Program-made: the position numbers and the translations under genes
Shown here: one piece after another, positions 1 to 11,648 of the stretch
Numbering within the stretch: position 1 is the stretch's first letter
Layout of the letters: each line of letters opens with the position of its first letter
The notes under the pieces: generated by a model
Database searches by the model: none
Told to the model about the DNA's origin: nothing
The model's input: only the letters and a program-made list of their open reading frames with translations
NCBI GenBank assembly: GCA_976551045.1
Contig: CDPCPM010000060.1
Coordinates: 25,916,001-25,980,000 of the forward strand
From: Glaucostegus cemiculus
Lineage: Eukaryota
DNA length: 64,000 nucleotides
Direction: 5' to 3'

Positions 1-112
1 TGCCGTACCAAGCCTGGATAGGATGCTTTCTATGGTGCATCTATAAAAATTGGTGACATTGATCAAAGGGGACATGCCGAATTTCCTTAGCCTCCTGAGG
101 AAGAGAAGAGCT
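1..112 (-). mobile_element. Rex1/Babar-type LINE reverse-transcriptase fragment
   Basis: Minus strand reads LRRLRKFGMSP...NFYRCTIESILS, the same region as the 2011-2510 copy. Confidence 0.7.
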
Positions 113-1449
113 GGAGATGGAAGGTGAAGCAAGGATGGAAATCACAGCGAAGTTTAACTTTTCCAAAGATCAGGAAGCAATACTGGTATCGTCATCAATG
201 TACTGGAGAAAGGTCAAAACCTGACTAAGTCTGAGACTATGAATGCTTCACATCGCACAAAGAGGCAGATATAGTATGTATGTCAAACCAGAAAACGCTG
301 GAAACACTCAGCAGGTCGGCAGCAGCTGTAGAAAAAGAGAGAGAGTTAATGTTTCAGGTCAAAGTTGGATCAGTTCGATTGCTTTTGCATTGAGCCAGAA
401 TGGATGTGATGGAGCGAATGGCCTCCTTCGAGGCTGCAACATTCCTGTGAGCCTGTAAAGCAAAGTAATTAAAAAAGTAACCTCTTCTGCCTGTTAATCC
501 ACAGGCGCAGACTTCCCAATGCAGTGGATGGAGTTTCCAATCCTGGCACAGGATCTGAGTGGCAATTCCCCCATATAACGCTGGAGAGTCCCAGCAAGGA
601 CACTAATGTTGGAATAAAACGGTATAGCAATACACAAAGTGCTGGAGGAACTCAGCAGGTCAGACAATAAAAGGGTACATTTGCACTTTACAATTCCAAC
701 CTCGATAGGTTTTAAATTAAAAATACTCAACAGAATGAAAGAAACTGAATCTAGAAGCCTAGCATTTTTCAAGACAGATGCATCCATTAAACTTTATAGA
801 CAAGATGCAATAAGTTAAAGTTCAGAGGTCAAAACATTAGTAACTCCCACCATTTATCTTTTGGCAAAAGTTACAGAAACAGGGTTGTGAAAAGATACCA
901 AGACTGGGACCTCTGCCTTAACGCTGCTCAAACCTCTGCTTTAAACCATCGCAGACATTCTGTCTGGGGCCCGGGCCACTTGTGATAATGCATCTCAAGC
1001 TAGATAATCTGAGGCTGTTCCGAAGAAGGATGGAAATACAGGAAAACCTTTTCCGCTGTGGACCTCAGGGGCAAGATAGACCCAATAATATCTATTTTGA
1101 GAACCGTTCTCCATCTTCTTTCATTTTTGAAGATAAATTCACTGTACTTCCAAGGGAGCAATTATTTTTGTGCGCTATTATGGTTAACGTCTCCTTGGAT
1201 AATTAAGAAATATCTTTCTATTCTTTGGGGACATTTGTGGGATCACTTTAGAGACTCAGAGCTTTGACGTGCATGCCATTCTTGCTTGCTGAAGTTGTCT
1301 AAAAGTGGCTTAAATAAATAACCTGCAATAAAAGGAAAAACAATAATTCATGTATTTGTGTTGTTGAGTAAGATATGTTAAGTATTTTTCTGGGGAAGGT
1401 CAGGCAGATGGAAGATTAAAAGAGGAGAACTTCATCTGTAGGCTGGTGC

Positions 1450-1775
1450 TACAGGAGAGGAATAATTTAAAGGAAAGAGAGGAGAATAAAAGGAAGGAAA
1501 AAGAGGGAAGAAGGAGGAAAAAATAAAAAGAAAGGAATGGAAGGAAGGGGGGAAAAGAATGGAAGAAAGGAAAGAAAATAAGAAAACAGAATAAAGAATG
1601 AAAGACTGTGGAAAAGGGAAGGAAAGAAAGAGTGAAAGGAAGAAAGAAAGGAGAAACAGAATGAAAGAAAACAGGAAAGGAAGAAAGGGAGGAAAAGGAG
1701 GAAATGAGAATAAAAATAGAAACAAAGGAAGACGATAAAAGAAGAAAGAGAAATAAAGACAGAAAGCAGAAAAGA
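1450..1775. repeat. Polypurine (GA-rich) low-complexity tract
   Basis: About 320 bp almost entirely A/G on the + strand. Confidence 0.9.
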
Positions 1776-2010
1776 TTGGCATTTATGCCACACTTTTTAC
1801 AATCTCAGAATATCCTGAAGTACTTTACAGCCAACACTGTTCCTTTCTGAGTGTAATTACTGTCATGACACAGGGAATGAAGCAGCCAATTTGCATATAG
1901 CACAGTTCCACATACACTAATTAATGAGGTGAATGGATATACCTATGGATTTTTGTACAAATCAAGTGTGGCAAAGGGAAAGCTGTAAAGAGATAAGAAG
2001 GATTTTTCAA

Positions 2011-2510
2011 AATCAGAATCAGGTTTATTTTCACTAATATGATGTGAGATTTGTTGTTTTGCTTCAACAGTACAGTGCAAAAACATAAAAATTACTATAA
2101 ATTACAAAATAAATAAGTAGTAAAAAGAAAGGACTGATGAGGTAGTGTTTATGGGTTTATGGACCATTCAGAAGTCTGATGGTGGAGGGGAAGAAGCTGT
2201 TCCTGAAACGTTGAGTGTGGGTCTTCAGGCTCCTGTACCTCCTCCCCGATGGTAATAACAAGAAGAGGGCATGTCCAGGATGGTGAGGGCCCTTAATGAT
2301 CGATGCCACCTTCTTGAGGCACTGCCTCTTGAAGATATCCTCACTGGTGGGGAGGGTTGTGCCCATGATGGCTGAGTCTGCAACCCTCTGCAGCCTCTTG
2401 CGATCCTGTGCATTGGAGCCTCCATACCAGGCGGTGATGCAACCAGTCAAGATGCTCTCCACCGTAGAAATTTTCAAGAGTCTTTGGTGACATACCAAAT
2501 CTCCTCAAAT
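2011..2510 (-). mobile_element. 5'-truncated Rex1/Babar-type LINE (ORF C-terminus, 3'UTR and (TTCTGA)n tail)
   Basis: ORF 2157-2498 reads ESILTGCITAWYG...DRKRLQRV...HPGHALFLLLPSGRRYRSLKTHTQRFRNSFFPSTIRLLN, typical of the Rex-Babar C-terminus. Confidence 0.85.
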
Positions 2511-2794
2511 TTGTGTCTTTATGAGTAGGGTTCTGGAGCAAAGAAATTCTAGCACTGAAAAGTAAAAGAGAGAAAGGAAACTTCATGGAAGAGAGGAACA
2601 GAACTTTTTCATAGTAGGCATTCCTACAAGAGAAATGGCAAAGTGTTTAACAGTAATCCAAGCAAAACAACTGCAGATACAACAAATTTGAAATAAAAAC
2701 AGGAAATGATGGAGGTACACTTCAGGTCAGGCAGTATCTATTGAGAGAGAAACAGAATTCACATTTTAGTTCATAGAAGTTCATATACGTCCAT

Positions 2795-3160
2795 AGAATC
2801 TCATAGAAGTTTATAAAATGATGAGGGGTGGCCAGTCATAGACTTTTCCCCAGGGTTGGGGAGTCCATAACTGGAGGGCACAGATATGTGATACGAGGGG
2901 AGAGATTTAAAAGAGACCTGAGAGATAACATCTTTACACAGAGGGTGGTGAGTGCCTGGAATGAGCTGTCAGAGGAAGTGGTCAAGGCAGGTACAACTGC
3001 AACATTTAAGAGGCATTTGGATAGATACATGGAGAGGAGGGGCTTGGAGGGTTATAGGCTGAACGCGGGCAACTGAGACTAGCAGAGAGGATGCTGTGGT
3101 CAGCATGGACCAGTAGGGCCGAAGGACCTGTTTCTGTGCTGTATTACTCTATGATTTCTA
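2795..3160 (+). mobile_element. CR1-type LINE 3' end
   Basis: LFPRVGESITGGHRY...FTQRVVSAWNELSEEVV...FKRHLDRYM, followed by the gggccgaagg...ctgtgctgta tail. Confidence 0.9.
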
Positions 3161-3394
3161 TGGTTTTCTTTTTTACCTTGCTCACCCCTCATGGTTTTTG
3201 TTTCCCTTCTTGGTTCTGATGAGATGTTGACCGAATCTTGCTTCCTCATCTTTCGTTATCAAACGTCTTTGGCTCACAGTCCTCCAGACAGATTAACAAG
3301 CATTCACTGCCCTCTCTCACACAGCTCCAACAGCATTTGTGTCATCCTGACTCCCTGATCTCCACCCAATCACAAACATTCCTTTTGTTTTCAG

Positions 3395-3645
3395 TCATAG
3401 AGTCTTAGAGAGATACAGCTTGGAAACAGGTCCTTCAGCCCCTGAATCTGTGCTGACCACCCATTTACAGCAGTCCTACATTAATCCCATTCCCCCACAT
3501 TCCCCTCAACTCCTTCCAGATTCTACCACTTCCATTACAGTGGCCAATTAACCTACCAAACGGCACTTCTTTGGGATGTGGGAGGAGACTGGAGTACCCG
3601 AACGTAAACCACGCAGTCACAGGGAGCACATGCAAACTCTACACA
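3395..3645 (-). mobile_element. V-domain SINE with CR1-derived tail
   Basis: Reverse complement of the V-domain core (tgtgggaggagactggagtacccg) joined to a CR1-type tail (gaaacaggtccttcagccc). Confidence 0.65.
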
Positions 3646-4837
3646 GAAATACAAGAAAACTTAGGATTATTCTCTTGGGGGGGAAACAAGATTTACTAGA
3701 GATGTTGAAAATAATGAAAGGTTTCAATCGACAGGACGAAGTTTTTTTCCCTGGGCAGGAGGCCTGGTAGAAACCACGGTAAAGATAATTGGCAAAAGAA
3801 CCAGAGGGGAGATGAGGAGGTTGTTTTTTAACCACCAGGAATGTGCCACCTGTAAGACTGGTGGAAGGAGGTTCAATGGGATCGTTCAAAAGCCTGAGTA
3901 AACACTCGAAGAGGAGAAGTGTGCAGGTTGACAAGGAGAGCAAGGGCAAGTTGGACTGAATGGATTGCAGCATTAAAGTGCTTAAACAGCGTTCATTCTA
4001 TCTCCAGAGAATGAAGCACAATATCTAACAAGATGCAGGAGGAACTCTGTGGGTTAGGCAGCATCTGTGGAAGGAAATGGATAGTTTGGGTCAGTAAAAT
4101 TGGATGGTTTCTTTTTGCCTTTTATGTGTTAACTTCAAAATTGCCTTCAATATCCTCCAAAGAGAATAATCCTAATTTTTCCACATAACCGAACTCCCAT
4201 TCCTGCTAACCTCAAGAAATCTCTTCCATATCCTTGCTAAGGCCCCGACATCAGTCCTAACTGTAGTGCTCAGAATTCATCATAAAGCATTTGACTTTTC
4301 AACTACTCTGTATGGGTTATTTCTTAAACAATTACTTTGTAAACTTGTAGCACCACTGCTTCTTTTTAAGTCCACTGGAAAATTAAAAATTATAATTGAA
4401 TGAGTTTAAGTGTTTCAGTCCAATGCATTTCTTTTTAAATGCTGCATGTTTTAGCAACAAATGAATTTGTCATTTTGGAATTGTCAGCTGATACATTAAA
4501 CCTGATTGCTCCATGAGTGTCTGGATGTCACAAATAAACATTTCCACCTTCCTGACTCCTTATCTGTCTTAAGGTAACTTTTTTTAACACAGAACTCAAC
4601 AGAAAGTCAGCCAGCTTTTCCACCTCAATAAGTATCTCCATAGATTCCAGTGGTGGTCAGCACCTAATGTCAGTCTCTCATCAGAAAGACTTGCAAGTTC
4701 TTTTAGCATGTCCCAAACTGGTTGGAAATCAAAGAAGCACTTTTGAAATGTTGGCACTGTGTTTGTGGAGAAAATAGGCAGTCACTTTCCCACTCCAAAC
4801 TCCCACAAGCAACAACGTAGTAATGACAGTAATAATG

Positions 4838-5180
4838 GAGACACAAGAGATTCTGCAGACGCTGGAATCTGGAGCGACACACACAAAATGCTGGAGGAAC
4901 TCAGCAGGTCAGGTGGCATCTGTGGAGGGAAATAAACAGTCGACGTTTCGGGCCGAGACCCTTCACCAGGACTGGAAAGGAAGAGGGCAGAAGCAGAATA
5001 AAAAGTAGGGGGAGGAGGAGGAGGAGGAGCACAGGCTGGTGGGTGATAGGTGAATCTAGGTGAGAGAGGGAAGGTAGATGGTGGGGGAGGAGAGATGAAA
5101 GTGAATGATGCGAGAAGCTGGGAGGTGATAGGTGGAAGAGGCAAAGGGCTGAAGAAGTAGGAATCCAATTAGAGAGGACA
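4838..5180 (-). mobile_element. Penelope-like element terminal (pLTR) fragment
   Basis: Shares the GAGACACAAGAGA(C/T)TGCAGA..GCTGGAATCTGGAGC terminus with many copies in the window and contains a hammerhead-like motif. Confidence 0.7.
4937..4974 (-). ncRNA. Minimal type I hammerhead ribozyme-like motif (one core substitution)
   Basis: Minus strand: CAGTC-CTGGTGA-A-GGG-TCTCGG-CCC-GAAA-CG-TC-GACTG. Stem I CAGTC/GACTG, core CUG(A>G)UGA, stem II GGG/CCC, GAAA, loopless palindromic stem III, GUC cleavage triplet. Confidence 0.7.
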
Positions 5181-6751
5181 ATGATTTATTTTAGAAATAT
5201 CAATGGAGGGATAAAAGTTGCTCAGAGATTGAAGCTGACTTTCTGAACTTCAAAAGCAATAATTCCATGGGTTCTTCTATGTCTAACAACTACAAACTTC
5301 AGTAGCAATCAAAAGACTTAGAGACAACTTCTTTCTGCACAGACAGCTGAGATGAACTGACAGAAAGGGCAGTGGAAGGAGATTTGATGGGAAAATTGTA
5401 AAGGGCGATTGTCTAAAATCAGGGTTGTGATGAAAGAGCAGGGAGAAAGGGTCCAGTTGGTTAGCTCTGTCAAAGAGTCATGTTGGAACAATGGACATAA
5501 AGGGCTTTCTCATTCCTTTGTAATATCAATTCAGTCCTAAGTAACTACCACGTTATTAGTCTCTTGAGAATTTGTAAAGTCACGGAAGGCACTTTGGCAA
5601 GTGACACGCATATTATGGTTCAACACCACACACACTCTCCCACTTAGAGTGTTTACTGTGTTCACCAAGGGGGCCAGATCTGTTTGACCTCATCCCGCCA
5701 ACTCTGCAATTGCTATTTGCCATCACCAAAGTCTGTGGTCTTCTGCTGCGGAAGTAGAGAGCCAATCTCACTGGCCTGAGGCATGCCTAAATCCATCGAC
5801 CACTGGTGAGGAGGCTCTGCCCCTGAAACTCCCCAAAAGCTTTGACAGCTGGAGAAGTCCCGCCCCCAGCTTTGCTGGCTGTAAAAGATGTCATGCAGCA
5901 GGTTTAAATCTCTCTGGTATTGAAGTAAATATTTAAAAAGTATTAAAATGATTTTAAAAAACTTACAAAATAAAAAAAATTGCCAAAACTAAATCATATA
6001 AATAATTACAAGCATTAAATGTAATAGAATACATTTAAGGAAAATTAATATAACTTCACCTTTCCCTTCTGATCTGGAGCCTTTCAATCCTCATCCCAAC
6101 TATTGAGGACTTGGAACTTTTGCCAGCCTCCTGTGGGGTCCAGCAATGGAACAAACTGACAGGTTCATCCTTCCGCTATGGCAGCACATGCACGGAAGTC
6201 CAGAACGTACTTCCATTTAAATGGCAGAACTCTGGCAGTTCAGTTCGGAACCTGTGAGACCCGGCCCACAATATTGTGCTGCTGGGTACAGCCACAGAGT
6301 GTGGTACCAGCAGCAGTGACTTAGCCTGTATGGTGAGGAGAGGTACGACAGACAGGGGGCAGTAGCAGTATTGAAAATGTTTATAATTATATTCAAGACT
6401 GGTTACCAAACCTACAGGACATAAAAGCACAAGTTGCTGTGGCATCTTTACAAGGTGGAAACCTTACAGAAAAATTGCTTTGATGGGTCAAGTCAAGTCG
6501 AGGTTACTGTCTTGTGTACAAGTACGGTGAGGTACAGTACAATGAAAAACTTGCTTGCAGCAGCACCACAGGCATGTGGTACAAGCAACACACAGAATAT
6601 CAGTTACGCAAATGGATATGGATCAACACTGGTTCTCTTCATTACATTTAACCCTTCCTTCTTTTCCCTGTTTCAGCACTTTTGCTATTGTAATATAATC
6701 AAAAGGTGAGATAAGATGAGAATATAACCAATAGCTGTAGGGGCAATCCAT

Positions 6752-6955
6752 CCATAGAACCATAGAACCATAGAACAATACAGCACAATACAGGCCCTTC
6801 GGCCCACCATGTTGTGCCGTCCATCAAACCACACCTCACTATCTAACCCTTTCCTCCCACATATCCCTCTATCCCACATTCCTCCATGTGTCTATCCAAC
6901 AATCGCTTGAACCTGTCCAACATATCTGCCTCCACCACCACCCTAAGCAGCGCAT
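6752..6955 (-). mobile_element. CR1-type LINE 3' end
   Basis: (CATAGAAC)n tail, caggcccttcggcccac, and VVVEADMLDRFKRLLDRHM on the minus strand. Confidence 0.88.
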
Positions 6956-7409
6956 GGCCATGGCCATATTTCACCTTGAACCTGTTGTACCATTCAATAC
7001 ATTTATGGCTGTTCCTCTGCATCTCCCTGCCCCATCTCCATATCTTTTGATTCACTGAGTATCCAAAAATCTGCACATGTGTACCTCAGTGACTGATGAT
7101 CCTCAGCTCTCTGGGGTAGTCAGATCTCTGAGTAGGGAAATATCTCCTCCCCTTGGTCATAAGGTGCTGTCTTCTTTGTTTGAGACATTGCCCATTCTGG
7201 GGAAACAGCCTCTCCAAATCTACTCTATCAATCCTTAATATTGTAAGAAGCAAGATGTACATTTGCATTCCACTTGTCATGTAACTTTACAACTAATGAA
7301 GTATTTCTTAAAGCATTGTCACAGATGTAATGTAGGAAACACAGCAGCTGGTTTATGCCCAGCAAGCTCCCAGGAACAGCATTCTGATCATAGCTAGATA
7401 GAAGCAGCA

Positions 7410-7745
7410 TAGTAACATAGCATTCAGTACTTCTGCCTCACAGTTCCAGGGAACCAGTTCAATCCTGACCTTGGATTGTGCCAAGTTTGCACATTCTCTC
7501 TGTGACTGTGTGGGTTTCCTCTGGTTGCTCTTTTCCCTTCCAAATCCTAAAGATATGCCATGAGGTTAATTAGCTAATGGTAATTATCCCTTAGGCCAAT
7601 GGCAAAGAGAATCAAAGGGGAGTTGATGGGCATGTGCAAGAGAGAATGAGCTGCAGTGGTTCAGGGAAATAAGGAGACGGGGAATGGAACTAATGGGATT
7701 GTTCCCCTGGGAGTATGCATGGACCCAGTGGGTTGAAAGTCCTCC
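7410..7745 (+). mobile_element. Old V-domain SINE
   Basis: B-box-like gttcaatcct and the core gtgtgggtttcctctggttgctc. Confidence 0.65.
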
Positions 7746-8460
7746 TAATATGTCATAAGTATAAGAAGTAATAGTTCTAAATAATGTTGATTAAGTATCA
7801 GCCCTTTAAAGTAGAACCTTTGGAGTTTTTATGCCCATTTGAGAGAGTCAATCATGCCTCAGTTTAAACCACAGCCTCCAATAATTTGCACCCCTTTTGG
7901 GATTTTTTATACTTAAGTATTTGGAGGGGTCTTGAACCCATTACCTTCCGACTCAGAGACAAGAGAGAAATCGACAGAGATGCAACTGATTAACCTAAGC
8001 TCACAGAAATACGTTTGCATTGTAGTTTTCACATCCTCCGATGGGACAAAGACCTTCACGGCCAATGCATTACTTGCGAGATAAACTCACTGTGATATGA
8101 ATGCAAGTGTGGCAGCTAATTTACACAGACAGAGCTCCCATATACACACAAAAATGTAAATAACGAGTCATTCTATATTTTGGCACTATTGGTTGGCAGT
8201 GGAATATGAGCTGATGTATCAAAGGAATGTTCCTGCTCTTCTGTGATGGAATTTTCTACCTGCAGGGCCCAATGGGCCTTGGATTAACAACTTGCCTCAA
8301 AGACTTAATCTCCAGCAACACAGAGTACTGCCCCAAAATGTCACCGTATTTTTGTATATGCAGGATTAAACCTACAAAGCTAAGAATGTTGCCCCTGAGC
8401 TCAGCTGCAGAAACAGGCGATTTGGCCCAAATTGCCAAGCCTAGTATTTAACTCAAGATA

Positions 8461-8665
8461 GTTTAGTTTGGTTTGGTTTATTTTATTAATAATGTCACAT
8501 GTTCTGAGATACAGTGAAAAGCTTTTGTTTGCATGCCATCCAGACAGATCATTCCATGCATAAATGCATCGAGGTAGTAAAAAGAAAACAGAATGCAGAA
8601 TATAGTGTTGCATTTACGGAGGAAGTGCACTGCAGGTAGACAAATAAAGTGCAAAGGCCATGATG
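8461..8665 (-). mobile_element. Rex/Babar-type 3'UTR fragment
   Basis: Homologous to 49700-49950 and 55720-55930; ends in ttttcactgta...catgtgaca..aataaa on the minus strand. Confidence 0.6.
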
Positions 8666-8779
8666 AAAAGATGCATATAACCTGTCCCTGTTTCCATTTC
8701 TCATCTTATTTCACCTTTTCATTATTTTAAAACAAGCACCACAAAGGTGCAGATAAGTGAAAAGACGGAAGTGTTGAAT

Positions 8780-10490
8780 ACAATGAAGTTTTGAAAGAGT
8801 TGGCTATAGAGTCAGTGAATGCTCTGGTTATCATTTTCCAAAATGTTATAGATTCTGGAATTATTCCTGCAGATTGGAGGGTGCTAAGTGTGACCCCACA
8901 GACAGAGAAAACAGGGAACTACCAACCTGTTGGCTAATGTGACTGGTAGGGAAAATGCTGGAATCTATATCGAAGGATATAATCACAGAACACATTGAAG
9001 AGAATAATAGAATTGAGGAGAATCAGCATGGATTCACAAAGGGGAAATCATGTTTGACTAATTTGCCAGAGTTCTTTGCAGATGTGTCTAGTAGAACAGA
9101 TAAGGAGGAACCAATGGATGTGGTGTATTTGGATTTTCAGAAGGCTTCCAAAATAGGTCCCACGCAATAGGTTGGTCAACAAGTTAGAGCATACAGAACT
9201 GGTGTAACATAGTGCCATGGACTGAGGATTGGTTATGGCACAGAAAGCAAAGAGTGGGAATAAACAATCCATCTCAGGTGGAGAGGCCATGACTGGTGAG
9301 GTACTATAGGGTTTGGCACTTGGTCCCAGCAAATCCTGTATGAATTTTATATATTTCCATTTTCCCCTCCTAAACTAGAGAATCTAACCTACTCAATCTC
9401 TCCTTGTATGGAAAAGCCACCATCTCTGGAACCAGTCTAGTGTATATCTGCTGCACTCTTTCTGTGGCAAGTATATCCTGGATGAAGACAAAAACTGTGC
9501 AAAATGCTCCAGGTGTGGGCTCACCAAGGCCCCATACGATTGCAGTAGCACACCAACATAGCAGTTACATTCACAATCTATATCAACAATTTGGCTAAGG
9601 GGTCCAAATATATTTCCAATTTTATGGTCATACAAAACTAGGTGGGATTCCAAGTAGGGAAGAGAAATTTATGAGACTTGAAGCGATTTAGATAAGCTGA
9701 GGGAATAGGGAAGAACATAGTAGGTTAAATATAACATGGAAAAATGTGAAATGTTCTACTTGATGAATAAACCAGAAAAGTGGTGTATTTTTTAAATGGT
9801 GAGAGGTTGGGTGCTGTTGACATTCAAAAAGACTTAAGTATGTTGTACACAAGACACTGAAAGCCAACATGCAGCTGGACAAGTAATTAATAATGTAACT
9901 GCTATGTTGGTGTGCTACTGCAATTATATGGGGCCTTGGTGAGCCCACACCTGAAGTATTTTGCACAGTTTTTGTCTTCTTCCAGGATTTACTTGCCACA
10001 GAAGGAGTGCAACAGAAATACACTGGATTGGTTCCAGAGATGGTGGCTTTTCCATACAAGGAGAGATTGAGTAGGTTAGAACTGCATTCTCTAGTCTAGG
10101 AGGGGAAAACTCATGGAAATATATAAAATTCATACAGGATTTGCCAGCTGGATGCAGGCAGTATGTTTCCCCAGGCTGAAGAATCGAGAACCAGGGGGTC
10201 ACAGTCTCAGTATGAGGGGCAAGCCATTTGGGATGGCCAGGAGGAGAAATTCCTTCACCCAGAAGTTGGTCTTTCTTTGGATTTCTTTCTCCACGAGGGC
10301 TGTGGTGACTCTGTCATTGAGTTCATTCAAAACAGAGGTCAGGGGCTTCTGGATATTAAGAGAAATGAGGGACACTGGAAAAATGCAGGAAAATTGTGAT
10401 GAGGCAAAAGACCAGCTATGATCTTAATGAATATTGAACAGACTTGAAGGGCCAAATGGCCTCCTCCTGCTCCTGTTTCTTCTGCTTTTA
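8780..10490 (+). mobile_element. Decayed CR1-type LINE (RT domain to 3' end) with an internal inverted insertion
   Basis: NQHGFTKGKSCLTNL.EFF...MDVVYLDFQKA; degenerate GVPQGSVLGP and FTIYINDL motifs; C-terminal GHSL...RRNSFTQK; tail gaagggccaaatggcctcctcctg. Confidence 0.9.
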
Positions 10491-10540
10491 TGTTCCCCGC
10501 CCTACTCCATGACTCAGAAGCTTCTTGTTCTGATTCCCTC

Positions 10541-10980
10541 TCATCACACACCTGTACCATCCTGCTCCCTCATCACACACCTGTACCATCCTGCTCCCTC
10601 ATCACACACCTGTACCATCCTGCTCCCTCATCACACACCTGTACCATCCTGCTCCCTCATCACACACCTGTACCATCCTGCTCCCTCATCACACACCTGT
10701 ACCATCCTGCTCCCTCATCACACACCTGTAGCATCCTGCTCCCTCATCACACACCTGTAGCATCCTGCTCCCTCATCACACACTTGTACCATCCTGCTCC
10801 CTCATCACACACCTGTAGCATCCTGCTCCCTCATCACACACCTGTACCATCCTGCTCCCTCATCACACACCTGTAGCATCCTGCTCCCTCATCACACACC
10901 TGTACCATCCTGCTCCCTCATCACACACCTGTAGCATCCTGCTCCCTCATCACACACCTGTAGCATCCTGCTCCCTCATC
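10541..10980. repeat. Minisatellite, 29-bp unit (TCATCACACACCTGTA[C/G]CATCCTGCTCCC), ~15 copies
   Basis: Head-to-tail near-identical units with no spacers; overlapping ORFs show 29-aa periodicity. Confidence 0.97.
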
Positions 10981-11391
10981 TCTGCTTCATTTTGGAGGCA
11001 GAGAGACTTCTAGATATTAAGGAAACCAAGGGATATGGGGTTAGTGCAGGAAAGTGATGATGAGGTAAATTCAGCCGTGGTCTTACTGAATGGCAGAGCA
11101 GGCACTAAGAGCCAAGTGACCCGCTCCTACTTCTTGTTCTTATGTTCCCAGACTCAACATCATCTTCTCTAAACCACTCCACCATGCAGTAATCTCACAA
11201 CCCTCTGCATAATGACATTCTTCCTCACTTGTGTATTCTCTTTTCTAATAGCTACCTTAGCTGTCGGGAACCCACTGTTCCCTTGTTCCCATTGTTCCAG
11301 ACACATGCACGTGGAAGGTTTTGCTGTGGCCACCCTATCAGCCCCTTCGTAATTCTAAAGACCTCTATCAGGGCACCACATGCATAAAAGT

Positions 11392-11648
11392 GAGGTACAA
11401 GAGACTGCAGATGCTGGAATCTGGAGCAAAAAACAAAGTGCTGGAGGAACTCAGCAGATCAGACAGCATCTGTGGGGGGGGCGGAATTGAGAGTCAACAT
11501 TTCGGGCTGAGACCCTTCACCTGGACCTTCATCTATCAACCCTTCATTCGTCAGATGAAGGGCCTTGACATGAAACGTCGACAATCCATTTCCTCACACA
11601 GATGCTGCCTAATCCACGTGTTCCTCCAGAATTTTGTTTTTTGATCCA
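11392..11648. mobile_element. Fold-back Penelope-derived element with candidate TSD
   Basis: Two inverted pLTR-like arms; flanks CCACATGCATAA (11376) and CCACGTGCATAA (11646). Confidence 0.75.

Noticed and set aside
1432-1793. Phe/Leu/Ser-rich 'membrane protein' ORFs
   Set aside because: Translation of a polypurine/polypyrimidine low-complexity tract.
10541-10980. 29-bp repeat array as a CRISPR array or His/Pro-rich protein
   Set aside because: Units are contiguous with no unique spacers, there are no cas genes, the context is vertebrate, and the unit length is not a multiple of 3.
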